From positions 294,156-358,155 of the forward strand of contig CAVPSB010000019.1 in NCBI GenBank assembly GCA_963708025.1: 64,000 bases of DNA, written 5' to 3'. Shown one piece after another: positions 1 to 9,378 of this stretch; within the stretch, counting starts at the first letter, position 1; each line of letters opens with the position of its first letter. Position numbers and translations under genes: made by a program. The notes under the pieces are model-generated. The model was not told the DNA's origin, made no database searches, and saw only the letters and a program-made list of their open reading frames with translations. This DNA comes from an uncultured Candidatus Rokubacteria bacterium. GTDB lineage: Bacteria; Methylomirabilota; Methylomirabilia; Rokubacteriales; DASRDR01.

Positions 1-729
1 CCGCGGGTTGGCATCGTCCCGGATCTGTTCGGTCTGAGCAATCTCTGGCTCCGATCGCGATCGCTGGGCATCTGTCTCACACTCGAGGTGCCCAACAACC
101 TGCTGAGCCCACTGGCACGCTGGACGAAGCGGGTGGCCGACTTGTCGTTGGCCGTGCCGTCGGCGATTCTCGCTGTGCCGGCGGTTCTGGCCGCCGCTCT
201 CACAGTGAAGATCGCCAGCCCCGGCCCGGCATTCTTCGCCCAGGAGCGGGAAGGCGTGAGTGGGCGACGAATCAGGGTGTGGAAGATCCGCACCATGCGG
301 CCCGACGCCGAGGTCTATCTGGACGCTTACCTGAGAGCGAACAGTGGGGCTCGCCACGAATGGGAAAGCCACATGAAGCTTCGGCGGGATCCCCGGGTCA
401 TCCCGGTGGTCGGCCGGTTTCTGCGACGGTTCAGTATCGACGAACTGCCGCAACTCTGGAGCGTCATTCGAGGCGAGATGAGTCTGGTCGGCCCGAGACC
501 CTTCCCCGATTATCATCTCGGACGATTCTCCTCGGAGTTCAGAGACCTGCGCCGCCAGGTTCCACCAGGGATCACGGGGCTCTGGCAGGTTGCCTGTCGA
601 TCCGAGGGTGACCTGGATCTTCAGGAAGAGACTGACTCCTACTATATCCGAAACTGGTCGCTGTGGGTTGACCTGTGGGTCCTGCTGCGGACTGTGCGGG
701 TTGTCTTGAACGGCGCCGGGTCGTACTGA
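1..729 (+). CDS. Priming undecaprenyl-phosphate glycosylphosphotransferase (WbaP/WcaJ-type sugar transferase), 5'-truncated by window edge
   Basis: Frame open from base 1. Bac_transf motifs KRVADL, KIRTM, DPRV, RRFSIDELPQLWSVIRGEMSLVGPRP, PGITGLWQV, YIRNWSLWVD. Confidence 0.92.
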   Translation, partial: PRVGIVPDLFGLSNLWLRSRSLGICLTLEVPNNLLSPLARWTKRVADLSLAVPSAILAVPAVLAAALTVKIASPGPAFFAQEREGVSGRRIRVWKIRTMRPDAEVYLDAYLRANSGARHEWESHMKLRRDPRVIPVVGRFLRRFSIDELPQLWSVIRGEMSLVGPRPFPDYHLGRFSSEFRDLRRQVPPGITGLWQVACRSEGDLDLQEETDSYYIRNWSLWVDLWVLLRTVRVVLNGAGSY

Positions 730-777
730 GTTGGTCCATGTGATCATCGCTCTCGTAGTGTGGGAGTGAGAGCGAAC

Positions 778-936
778 ATGCGACCGGACGTCACGATCGT
801 CCTGCCCGTCCACAACGGAATGCCGTATCTGCTCGAGGCTCTACAGTCCATTCTTCAACAGACCGCTTCGTTGAAGCCGGCTCTGCGCTCGGGGTGGTGC
901 GACCGCCATCTGGTAGGTGGGACGTGCAAGGCTTGA
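778..936 (+). pseudogene. N-terminal fragment of a GT2 glycosyltransferase
   Basis: Manual translation MRPDVTIVLPVHNGMPYLLEALQSILQQT... is a typical GT2 start; similarity is lost after about 29 aa and it stops at 936. Confidence 0.7.
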
Positions 937-944
937 GTCGATGG

Positions 945-2207
945 ATGACGAGCGCCACGGCGGCCTGGGTGAGCCGCAGTACGTGGGCCGTGGCCGATCA
1001 GGCGCTGTTTGCCGGGGCCAACTTCGTTCTGAGCGTTATCACCGCGCGGTGGCTCAGCCGCTCCGAGTATGGTGCATTCGCCGTTGCCTACGCCGTGTTC
1101 CTGCTGGTCGGCGCCTTCCACACCGCGTTGCTCACCGAACCGATGCTGGTGTTCGGCGGCTCCAGGTATCGGGACCGACTCGGGCGATACATTCCGACGC
1201 TGACCAGGTTCCATTGGCTGTTCTCGACCGGCGGGGGTCTTGTGTTGGCCGCCGGCGCCCTCTGGATGGAACTGCACGAGCCCGGCGTGCTGGCCCAGTC
1301 GCTCTTCGCCACGGCCGTGAGCACGCCACCGATTCTGTACCTGTGGCTCCGTAGACGGGTGTGCTACGTGCGACTGGCGCCGAGGCAGGCGACTATTGGC
1401 GGGGCCATCTACCTCTCGGCGTCACTCGCGATCGTGTACGGCACCAACCTGCTCGGGCTGCTGACGCCTGGTCGGGCGGTGATGATCATGGGCGCGTCCA
1501 GCGTGATGGCCGTGCTGGGCATGGGCCCGGTCCTGCCGGGGGGTTCCGGAAGAGTCGATCGGGCGCTGATGGCAGAGGGGCTGCGAGATCACTGGCGGTA
1601 CGGCCGCTGGGCGATCCTGGCGACGACGCTGGCCTGGATTCCCGGCAACATCGGGTACATCCTGCTTCCACTGTGGATGGGGCTGGAGGCGCCGGGAGCG
1701 ATGAGGGCGTTGATGAATCTCGCGCTTCCCATGCTTCATCTCAATACGGCGCTGGGGAGCCTGCTCGTACCGGTCTTTGCCGAGAAGCGTCACGGTGACC
1801 ACTTCGACAAGACCCTCATCAGAGTGTCGGGTGCGATGGGCTGTATGGCGATCGCCTACTGGCTCGGTCTGGCCGTCTTCGGGGCCTGGATCCTTCGGTG
1901 GGCCTACGGTGGCCAGTACGTGGAGTATGCCGGGTGGCTGTGGATGGTTGGAGCGTTGCCGACGTCGGCCGGCATTGTCACCGTCACGAGTAGTGCCCTG
2001 CGTGCGCTGGAGTTGCCGCGCCAGATTGCACTCGTGTACGCGGCGGTGGCGGCCGGCGCCATGACCGCCGGCGTCGTTCTCATCGCATGGCAGGGAGTCG
2101 CCGGCGCCATTGTCGGTCTGTTCGCGTCGTCGTCGCTGACGGCCGTCGGGATGGCGTTCCTGCTCGTGAGGGCCCGGGCCGGCCAGCAGTGCCAACCGGT
2201 GTGTTAA
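945..2207 (+). CDS. Wzx-like polysaccharide flippase
   Basis: Multi-TM hydrophobic protein; DQALFAGANF...ARWLSRSEYGAFA N-terminus typical of Wzx; EPS context. Confidence 0.8.
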   Translation: MTSATAAWVSRSTWAVADQALFAGANFVLSVITARWLSRSEYGAFAVAYAVFLLVGAFHTALLTEPMLVFGGSRYRDRLGRYIPTLTRFHWLFSTGGGLVLAAGALWMELHEPGVLAQSLFATAVSTPPILYLWLRRRVCYVRLAPRQATIGGAIYLSASLAIVYGTNLLGLLTPGRAVMIMGASSVMAVLGMGPVLPGGSGRVDRALMAEGLRDHWRYGRWAILATTLAWIPGNIGYILLPLWMGLEAPGAMRALMNLALPMLHLNTALGSLLVPVFAEKRHGDHFDKTLIRVSGAMGCMAIAYWLGLAVFGAWILRWAYGGQYVEYAGWLWMVGALPTSAGIVTVTSSALRALELPRQIALVYAAVAAGAMTAGVVLIAWQGVAGAIVGLFASSSLTAVGMAFLLVRARAGQQCQPVC

Positions 2208-3490
2208 TAGAAGTGCCCGCGACCCGGCTCGACGAGTTCCTGCACGGACTCGGAGAGTACGCCGTCTTGAAGAACCAGGAGGTCTGGCGGCATTTCGAGA
2301 GCGGTGGCGATCTCGACCTCCTGGTCGAGGACCTGGAGGCCGCGGAGAGGCGTCTGCTGCGGCATCTCGGCATGCCGACCCGGCGACTGGTGAGGTCGTA
2401 CGTGTCGAACTATCACTATCCATGGGGGCAGATCGATCTGCTCGCCCAGTTCGAGTGGCATGGTGCCGTGTTCCTGAGGAAGGAGAACGTGTTCGCTGGG
2501 CTCGGGACTTCGGTGATGGGCTTCTCGGCGCCCCGGCCGGCTCACGAGGCGGTGATCTGCTGGCTGACGAGCCTGCTGTGGGGCGGGTTCTTCAAGGAGC
2601 GGTATCGCGAGAAGATCCTGGCCGCCTGCGGGAGCGACGCGGCGGCCTTGAAGGAGGCGCTGGTCCAGGCGGCCGGCCCCGTCTGTGGCGGGCGGCTGTT
2701 CGACGCGGTCCAATCGGGCCAGCCGGAGCTGACGGTGACAGCGGTCCAGTCGATTCGGCGATCCGTGTGGTGGCGAGCGTTCCGGCTGGATCTTCGTGGC
2801 ACTGTGTCCCGGTGGGTCGCCTTCTGGCTGACCGAGATGCGCCTGCGGATGGTCCGGCAAGTGCCCTGGATCTGCATACTCGGGCCGGACGGTAGCGGCA
2901 AGTCGACCGTCATCGAGCATCTGGCGAGGCGATTGACTCGTCGCCGCGAGGTGTGTGGCGTGGACCTGTATCACTGGAGACCGGAGGTCGTGAGGCCGAC
3001 CGGCGGCGAGCCGGTCACGAATCCTCATGCGTCGCCTCCCCATTCCCGTCTGAAGTCGCTGCTCAAGCTCGCCTTCCTCGCTTGCGACTGGTCGCTGTGG
3101 TACTGGATGCGCCTGGTGCACCGCCAGGCCAAGGGCTATCTTTCCGTGTTCGACCGGGGCTATGCGGACATCCTGGTCGATCCGCACCGGTATCGCTACG
3201 GTGGGCCTCTCTGGCTGGCGAGGCTCGTGGGATTTTGCCTGCCGGCGCCGGACACAACGATCGTGCTTGATGCCAACTCGGAGGTGTTGCGATCGCGAAA
3301 GCAGGAGGTCGCACCGGAGGAGTGTGCTCGCCAGCGGCAGGCATATCTCGACCTAGCGAAACACACTCCGAGCTCTCACGTTGTGGACGCGTCGCAGCCC
3401 ATCGAAGCGGTCGTGGACGAAGTCGAGCGCATTGTTCGCGCCGGAATGGCGTCGGTCGGGCTCCGAGGCCTCGAGACGAGCGTGAGCTGA
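2201..3490 (+). CDS. Nucleotidyltransferase-like domain fused to thymidylate-kinase-like P-loop domain
   Basis: N-terminal GDLDLLV (Pol-beta-fold NTase GDxD motif); C-terminal GPDGSGKST Walker A, FDRGY and lid RSRKQE. Start codon uncertain. Confidence 0.7.
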   Translation: MLIEVPATRLDEFLHGLGEYAVLKNQEVWRHFESGGDLDLLVEDLEAAERRLLRHLGMPTRRLVRSYVSNYHYPWGQIDLLAQFEWHGAVFLRKENVFAGLGTSVMGFSAPRPAHEAVICWLTSLLWGGFFKERYREKILAACGSDAAALKEALVQAAGPVCGGRLFDAVQSGQPELTVTAVQSIRRSVWWRAFRLDLRGTVSRWVAFWLTEMRLRMVRQVPWICILGPDGSGKSTVIEHLARRLTRRREVCGVDLYHWRPEVVRPTGGEPVTNPHASPPHSRLKSLLKLAFLACDWSLWYWMRLVHRQAKGYLSVFDRGYADILVDPHRYRYGGPLWLARLVGFCLPAPDTTIVLDANSEVLRSRKQEVAPEECARQRQAYLDLAKHTPSSHVVDASQPIEAVVDEVERIVRAGMASVGLRGLETSVS

Positions 3491-4519
3491 ATGCTGCCAC
3501 TTGGCGTGGCCCAGTGCCTCCCGCCCGGGACCCGCGCCGTGGCGCTGCCGGCATGGCAAGCGCCCCGACTCGTGCTGTCCCGCGGAGGGTGGCGGTTTCG
3601 CTGGGAGGCGAGTGACTTCTATCCCGCGTTTCGAACCCGGGCACGGGCGTTCAAGGCGGTGATCCGATTGAAGGCGCTGCTGGGGGGCTTCGGCGGGGAG
3701 AGGAACACGCTGGTCGCTTCCCCCGTTTGCGACTTCGTGGCTGGGGCGATTCCATCGGTGGCACGCTGTGCCGTCTTGATTCCCAGCCGTGAACGGGGTG
3801 ACAGGCTGGTTGCGAAGCTGTGGGACCGAGAGGGCCGGGTCACCGGATACGTGAAGTACGCCCGTGACGGGGCTTCGGGGGCGCTGCTCGCTCACGAGCA
3901 CGCAGTCCTGAGCCGAATTCCTGGAGGGCTGGGTCCCAGGGTGCTCCGCTTCGGTGAGCTGGGGGATGGAAAGGCAATGCTCCTCGAGCCGCTGTCGGGA
4001 CGGACGGTGGCGGCCCGGCTACCACCTCCCCCTTCCGCGGTGAAGCTGGCGGAGGCATTGATCGTCGGGGAGCCGCTCGCCATCGAGTGCCATCCGATCC
4101 GTTCGCTGTGGAACGAACGAGGGGGGCCAGCCGCCTGGGCCGGGCTCCTCGGGAACAGGAAGTGGGGGGTGGCGATCCAGCACGGTGACTTTGCTCCCTG
4201 GAATCTCGTCGACGATCGGGACGGTGTGAGAGCGGTCGACTGGGAATCCGGGTGTCTTGAAGGATTTCCCTACCTGGATCTGGCGTTTTTCGTCCTCCAG
4301 GTCGGTGCCCTGATGTACCGGTGGTCACCCGGGAGGGCCGCCGAATTCGCCGCTCGCTGGCTCACTGCACACTTGCCGATCTCGGCGACTGCCACCGAGG
4401 CACGGACGATGGTGCAGATGGCCGCCTATGACTCGTACTCGAGAGATCTCGGCGAGGGGAAGACGGAGGGTCACCCACTCCAACAATGGCGCCGGGCCGT
4501 CTGGAGCGGCACCTGGTGA
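3491..4519 (+). CDS. APH/choline-kinase-like phosphotransferase
   Basis: HGDFAPWN Brenner motif and VDWE Mg-binding motif; YVK ATP-site lysine. Confidence 0.75.
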   Translation: MLPLGVAQCLPPGTRAVALPAWQAPRLVLSRGGWRFRWEASDFYPAFRTRARAFKAVIRLKALLGGFGGERNTLVASPVCDFVAGAIPSVARCAVLIPSRERGDRLVAKLWDREGRVTGYVKYARDGASGALLAHEHAVLSRIPGGLGPRVLRFGELGDGKAMLLEPLSGRTVAARLPPPPSAVKLAEALIVGEPLAIECHPIRSLWNERGGPAAWAGLLGNRKWGVAIQHGDFAPWNLVDDRDGVRAVDWESGCLEGFPYLDLAFFVLQVGALMYRWSPGRAAEFAARWLTAHLPISATATEARTMVQMAAYDSYSRDLGEGKTEGHPLQQWRRAVWSGTW

Positions 4520-5781
4520 GGCGACTGAAGGTCCTGGTCTCTGCCTATGCTTGCCAGCCGCGAAGCGGATCGGAGCCGGGCGTCGGCTGGAACCTGACCC
4601 AGGAGCTGGCCAGACGCCACGACGTCTGGGTGGTGACACGGGCGAACAATCGAGTTGACATCGAGGATGAGCTCAGACGAGCGTCTCCGGCGCCGGTCCA
4701 CTACGTCTACCACGATCTTCCCAACTGGGTGCGCTTCTGGAAGCGCGGGCCACGAGGTGTTCGCGCCTACTACTATCTCTGGCAACTGAGTCTCACGCAG
4801 AGGGTTCGCCGTCTTTTCGACGACGTGAGGTTCGACATCGCACACCATGTGACCTTTGTCCAGTACTGGATGCCCAGTTGCCTCGCAACGCTGCCCACGC
4901 GGTTCGTGTGGGGCCCGGTGGGTGGGGCCGAGGCCGTCCCGAAGGCATTCCGGTGGGATCTCGGAGCGAAGGGAGTCGGGTACGAGACCGCACGCGAGAT
5001 CGCCAAGGCGATCGGTGAACGCGATCCCTTCGTCCGCTTGACCGCCAGGCGATCCTCCATCGCCCTGGCGACGACGCCGGACACAGCGCGCCGACTGCGC
5101 GCGCTGGGAGCCAAGAGGGTGCTGGTACGGTCCGAAGCGGGGCTCTCCGATGCCGAGGTGGAGCAGCTCGGCACGGCCCTGGGGGCGCCCGATGGAAGGA
5201 TGCGCTTCATCAGTATTGGTCGATTGATTCACTGGAAGGGATTCCAGCTGGGACTCGAGGCTTTCCACGCGGCCGGCATGTCGGAGGCCGAGATGTGGCT
5301 GGTGGGCGATGGGCCGGAAAGATCTCGGCTCGAGGCTCGGAGCCGACAGCTGGGTCTCGGGCCTCGGGTGAGATTCCTCGGCCGGTTGTCCAGGGAGGAA
5401 GCGCTTCGGAAGCTCTTGGAGTGCGACGTGCTGATGCATCCGAGTCTCCACGATTCGGGCGGATGGGTGTGTCTGGAGGCGATGGCGGCCGGGAAACCCG
5501 TCATATGCCTCGACTTGGGCGGCCCTGGCTTGCAGGTTACCGACGAGACCGGTGTCAGGGTGGTCGCGCAGTCTCCTGGCCAGGTGGTGGGGGACCTTGC
5601 CGCGGCAATGCGGCGTCTGGGAGCGAGCGCAGACCTTCGGAAGGAGATGGGTCGAAATGGACGGGAGCGGGTCCGAGGACACTTCCGGTGGCCAACCAAG
5701 ATCACCATGCTCGAGGAGATCTACGAACGGGCGATGAGCGGGTCCGACATCGGCATCGATGATTCGGTTGGCCCACGATGA
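4516..5781 (+). CDS. Glycosyltransferase family 4
   Basis: VLVSAYACQP..GSEPGVGW N-terminus; IGRLIHWKG; HDSGGWVCLEAMAAGKPV. Confidence 0.9.
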   Translation: MRRLKVLVSAYACQPRSGSEPGVGWNLTQELARRHDVWVVTRANNRVDIEDELRRASPAPVHYVYHDLPNWVRFWKRGPRGVRAYYYLWQLSLTQRVRRLFDDVRFDIAHHVTFVQYWMPSCLATLPTRFVWGPVGGAEAVPKAFRWDLGAKGVGYETAREIAKAIGERDPFVRLTARRSSIALATTPDTARRLRALGAKRVLVRSEAGLSDAEVEQLGTALGAPDGRMRFISIGRLIHWKGFQLGLEAFHAAGMSEAEMWLVGDGPERSRLEARSRQLGLGPRVRFLGRLSREEALRKLLECDVLMHPSLHDSGGWVCLEAMAAGKPVICLDLGGPGLQVTDETGVRVVAQSPGQVVGDLAAAMRRLGASADLRKEMGRNGRERVRGHFRWPTKITMLEEIYERAMSGSDIGIDDSVGPR

Positions 5782-7061
5782 ATAGTCGGCTGCGGACCGA
5801 GGGCTTTATGATGCCACGGCCTGCTGTTCCGGGCGTTCTCGAGTCGGTACTGTTTCTGCTGCTGGCGAGCGGACCGCCACGGCTTCGCGCTCGCGATCCA
5901 TTCGATTCGATCGCCGGCGAGATCGACTACGTCGTAGTCCTCAATGCCGTGATATGGGCGGCGGGGGCGTTGTGGCTTGGCTTTCAGCTGGCGCGGCGCG
6001 TGGTGGTCGGCGTGCCGTTGCCCAAGCTTCGAAGAGAGCAAATCCTGGCCCTGGTCCTGGCAGTAGCGCTCTTCCTGTCGACTGCTGTCTCGCCGGCTCC
6101 GATGTTGACAGCCTACAAGGTCTGTCAGGTCGCAATCAGTGTTCTGTTCTGCGCATTCTGGTTGAACAGGTTCGGAGAGAGGTCACTCCTACTGCACTTG
6201 TTGTGCAGTTGTTTCGTTCTGAGCAGTGCCATCGCTCTTGCGGCGCTTTTGATGCCGGAACTGGTCTATACGGGTGAACGACTGGCGCTCTTGATCCCGG
6301 AATTCATCTATACCGGCGAACGACTGAGAGGCGACTTTGTAGCGAGCACGGGGGCGGTGGCGGTCATGGGCATCGTGCTGAGTTCCAGCCTGGGCGCTCC
6401 TCGGTCTCGATCCTTGCGATTTAGCCTGTGCGTTGCGTTGCTGGTTCTTCTGGTAATGGCGATGACCCGAGCTGCGTATGCCGCGGCGATCTCGTTCGTT
6501 GGGCTTGCGGCTATTCGACGACCACAGGCTGGGCGGCTGCGCGTGATTGCCATAGGTGTCGGCGTCGTCGTGCTGTCATTGATTGCTCTCGATCTTGAAT
6601 TCAGCGTCATACCGTGGATCGTGCGGGATTCCGAATCGGTTGCGACTCTCAGTGATCGGATACCACTGTGGCAACACACTATTGGCGTGACACTAGAGGA
6701 GTCACCCCTCATAGGGTTGGGCTTCTACGCGAATCGTGCCGTGACCACCGGGTACAATCCGGGCTTGGGCACGTCACACAGCGCGTTTGTCGAGATCCTG
6801 TCGGGTGGTGGACTCCTCTCGGCTAGCGTCTTCCTCTTGCTGATCCTGTTGCTCGGCTGGCGAGCGAGTCGGATGTTGCTGTCGAGGCAGACGACGGTAG
6901 AAGCATTTGCGGCGGCATCGCTTCTGGTGTGTGTGATGCTGTTGGGTGTCGTCTCCGAAGAGATGGTCATTGCCTCGCCGACAGCCTTTGCGTTCTGGGC
7001 GACAGTCTCATTGCTGTCAGATCGGCCTCGCGTGACGTATGGCGGCGTATCCAGAGCATGA
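5778..7061 (+). CDS. O-antigen ligase/Wzy polymerase family membrane protein
   Basis: Multi-TM; TRAA, SDRIPLW, PLIGLGF and HSAFVEIL motifs of the Wzy_C domain. Confidence 0.8.
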   Translation: MNSRLRTEGFMMPRPAVPGVLESVLFLLLASGPPRLRARDPFDSIAGEIDYVVVLNAVIWAAGALWLGFQLARRVVVGVPLPKLRREQILALVLAVALFLSTAVSPAPMLTAYKVCQVAISVLFCAFWLNRFGERSLLLHLLCSCFVLSSAIALAALLMPELVYTGERLALLIPEFIYTGERLRGDFVASTGAVAVMGIVLSSSLGAPRSRSLRFSLCVALLVLLVMAMTRAAYAAAISFVGLAAIRRPQAGRLRVIAIGVGVVVLSLIALDLEFSVIPWIVRDSESVATLSDRIPLWQHTIGVTLEESPLIGLGFYANRAVTTGYNPGLGTSHSAFVEILSGGGLLSASVFLLLILLLGWRASRMLLSRQTTVEAFAAASLLVCVMLLGVVSEEMVIASPTAFAFWATVSLLSDRPRVTYGGVSRA

Positions 7062-7192
7062 ATGGTTCTCAGGGTCCGATCGCACGATTCCACTTAGATG
7101 GCGTTTCCAGTGCGCGAGACCTTGCCTTTCTGCGCCGCTTGGGTGTGATGCGTGACGAAGACGTCGGGCTGGAACAAGTGCATTGCCTATGA
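7058..7192 (+). CDS. Putative 44-aa small protein, translationally coupled in the EPS operon
   Basis: ATGA overlaps at both ends (with Wzy stop and GT2 start); MNGSQGPIARFHLDG...VHCL. Confidence 0.35.
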   Translation: MNGSQGPIARFHLDGVSSARDLAFLRRLGVMRDEDVGLEQVHCL

Positions 7193-8001
7193 GCCAGGTC
7201 GCTGAGGCAACCGATGGGTTCTGCATCGTCACGCCCAGCTACAACCAGGCAAACTTCATCGACGACACGATCCGGAGCGTGCTCACTCAAGAGGGTCCGC
7301 GCCTCAGCCTAGTGATCATGGATGGCGGCTCGACCGACCGCTCTCCAGAGATCATCCGAAGCTACGCGGATCGCCTCGCGTATTGGGAATCGGCTCCCGA
7401 CAAGGGACAGAGCGATGCGATTCACCGCGGTTTTCAGCACGCCTCGGGAAACATTCTCGCGTGGCTGAACTCGGATGACACCTACGAGCCGGGCGCGCTC
7501 GCACGCGTCGCGCGTGCCTTCGCCGAGAAGCCCGACACCGTGCTTGTCTATGGAGACTACTACGTCCTCTATCCTGACGGGAGGAAGGTGCTGAAACCCA
7601 AGGTCAGCTTCGATTTCGGGGTCGCGCTTTACACGTATCTCATGATTCCGCAGCCTTCGGCGTTTTGGCGACGCGAAGTATACGAGACGGTGGGAGGATT
7701 GAATCTGGACCTTCACTACTCGATGGACTGGGACCTGTTCCTGCGCATCGGGCAGCGTTATCCCGGACTGATCGTGCATCTCCCCGAGCCACTCTCCACT
7801 TTCCGCGTGCATGCGGAGTCGAAGTCGGTCTCGAAACGCGAGGCGTTCCGCCAAGAGAACCGTTTCGTCCGCGAACAGTTCACGCGTGATCCCCGTTGGC
7901 TACGCAAGATGAAGGAGAAACTCTACCTCGCGAAGATCGAGTGGAAGTACCTGACCGAGCGGGGTCATTTGGTTCTGAAGAAGGATCGCAGCAAGGCATG
8001 A
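7189..8001 (+). CDS. Glycosyltransferase family 2
   Basis: IVTPSYNQ, MDGGSTD, GQSDAI, WLNSDD, SMDWDL motifs. Confidence 0.92.
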   Translation: MSQVAEATDGFCIVTPSYNQANFIDDTIRSVLTQEGPRLSLVIMDGGSTDRSPEIIRSYADRLAYWESAPDKGQSDAIHRGFQHASGNILAWLNSDDTYEPGALARVARAFAEKPDTVLVYGDYYVLYPDGRKVLKPKVSFDFGVALYTYLMIPQPSAFWRREVYETVGGLNLDLHYSMDWDLFLRIGQRYPGLIVHLPEPLSTFRVHAESKSVSKREAFRQENRFVREQFTRDPRWLRKMKEKLYLAKIEWKYLTERGHLVLKKDRSKA

Positions 8002-8120
8002 GCGGCGACACCCGGCGGAGCCCAGCTGTCTCGCTGCTGCTTGTGGGGATACCCTCGTGAGCCCGCAGACGTCGAGGTCGGCGAGGGAGCAAGTAACATC
8101 TTGGAAGTCGGGCCGCTGAG

Positions 8121-9300
8121 GTGACACGAGTTGTCGTCTGTCATAACCACTACCGGCAACGGAGTGGCGAGGATCAGGTATTTCAGGCAGAGACTGAGCT
8201 TCTTGTAAGGGCCGGAGATCTGGTCGGCGCCTACACTGCTGACAATCTAGACATTGGCGGCAGTGTAAAGGTCGCAATGGCGGCGAAGACCATGTGGAAC
8301 GGACGAGCCCATCGAGAGCTCCGAGCGCTGTTGAGGAAGAGTGGTGCCGCCGTTCTGCACTGTCACAACATATTCCCCTTGATCTCACCGGCCGCCTACT
8401 ACGCGGCCCACTCGGAAGGTGTCGCCGTCGTTCAAACTCTGCACAACTATCGTGTCGCGTGCGTTGCTGGCACGCTGTTTCGCGATGGACGTATCTGTGA
8501 GAGCTGTAGTGGAAAGGTGTTTCCCTGGCCTGGTGTATACCATGCGTGTTACAGGGGGAGCCGTGCAGCGTCGAGCGCGGCCGCTGCGTCGCTATTTGTC
8601 CACCGTTCTCTCGGGACCTGGCAGGCCGGGGTAGACCGATACATTGCCATGAGCAGGTCATCGCGCGAGCAGTTCATAGCGGCGGGACTGCCGAGCGGAG
8701 AAGATCGTCATGAAGCCGCACTTCGTCCATCCGGATCCGGGCATCGGGGGCGGTGAAGGGAACTATGTCTTGTTCGTTGGCCGGCTGTCTTCAGAGAAGG
8801 GGGTTCTGACTCTGCTGGCGAGCCGCCAAGACGCTCGGTCCGAAGGTCAGCGTGAAGATCGTTGGGGATGGGCCGATGGCGGCTGCTGTTCAGGCTCAGA
8901 TGGGAACTTATGCCGTGGGTCGAGTGGCTGGGGCAGCGGTCGCGGAGCGAAGTCGATGCGCTGATCGGAGCCGCCAAGGTCGTGGTGATTCCTTCGGAAT
9001 GGCCGGAAACGTTCGGGCTGGTCGCGATCGAAGCGTTCGCGAGCGGGCACGCCGGTCGTCGCGGCCAGGATTGGCGCGGATCGCGGAGATCGTCGAGAAC
9101 GGAAGAACGGGGCTTCACTTCACGCCCGGTGAGTCGGACGACCTGGCGGTCAAGCTGGATTGGCTGTACTGCGCATGGTCCGGAGCTGGATGGTAATGCG
9201 TGCGGCGAGCCGGGCCGAGTATGAGTCCAAGTACACCGCCGAGAAGAACTACGCGATGTTGGCAGAGATCTATCGAGTCGCGGTGGAATCACGGCGGTGA
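8121..9300 (+). pseudogene. Glycosyltransferase family 4, several frameshifts
   Basis: HNHY..SGED, HNIFPLISP (frame a); FVGRLSSEKG (b); PSEWPETFGLVAIEAFA (c); EIVENGRTGLHF (d); ends EKNYAMLAEIY...TGA 9300. Breaks may be sequencing indels. Confidence 0.8.
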
Positions 9301-9378
9301 TGGCGTGCGCGACCGGTCACGGCGAGACAATGGAATGCGGGCGAACTCGAGGTGCCGTCGATGCGGGCTGACGGGTTG

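Noticed and set aside
2201-3490. Housekeeping thymidylate kinase (tmk)
   Set aside because: Fused to an NTase-like domain, lacks the typical REP motif, and lies in an EPS operon.
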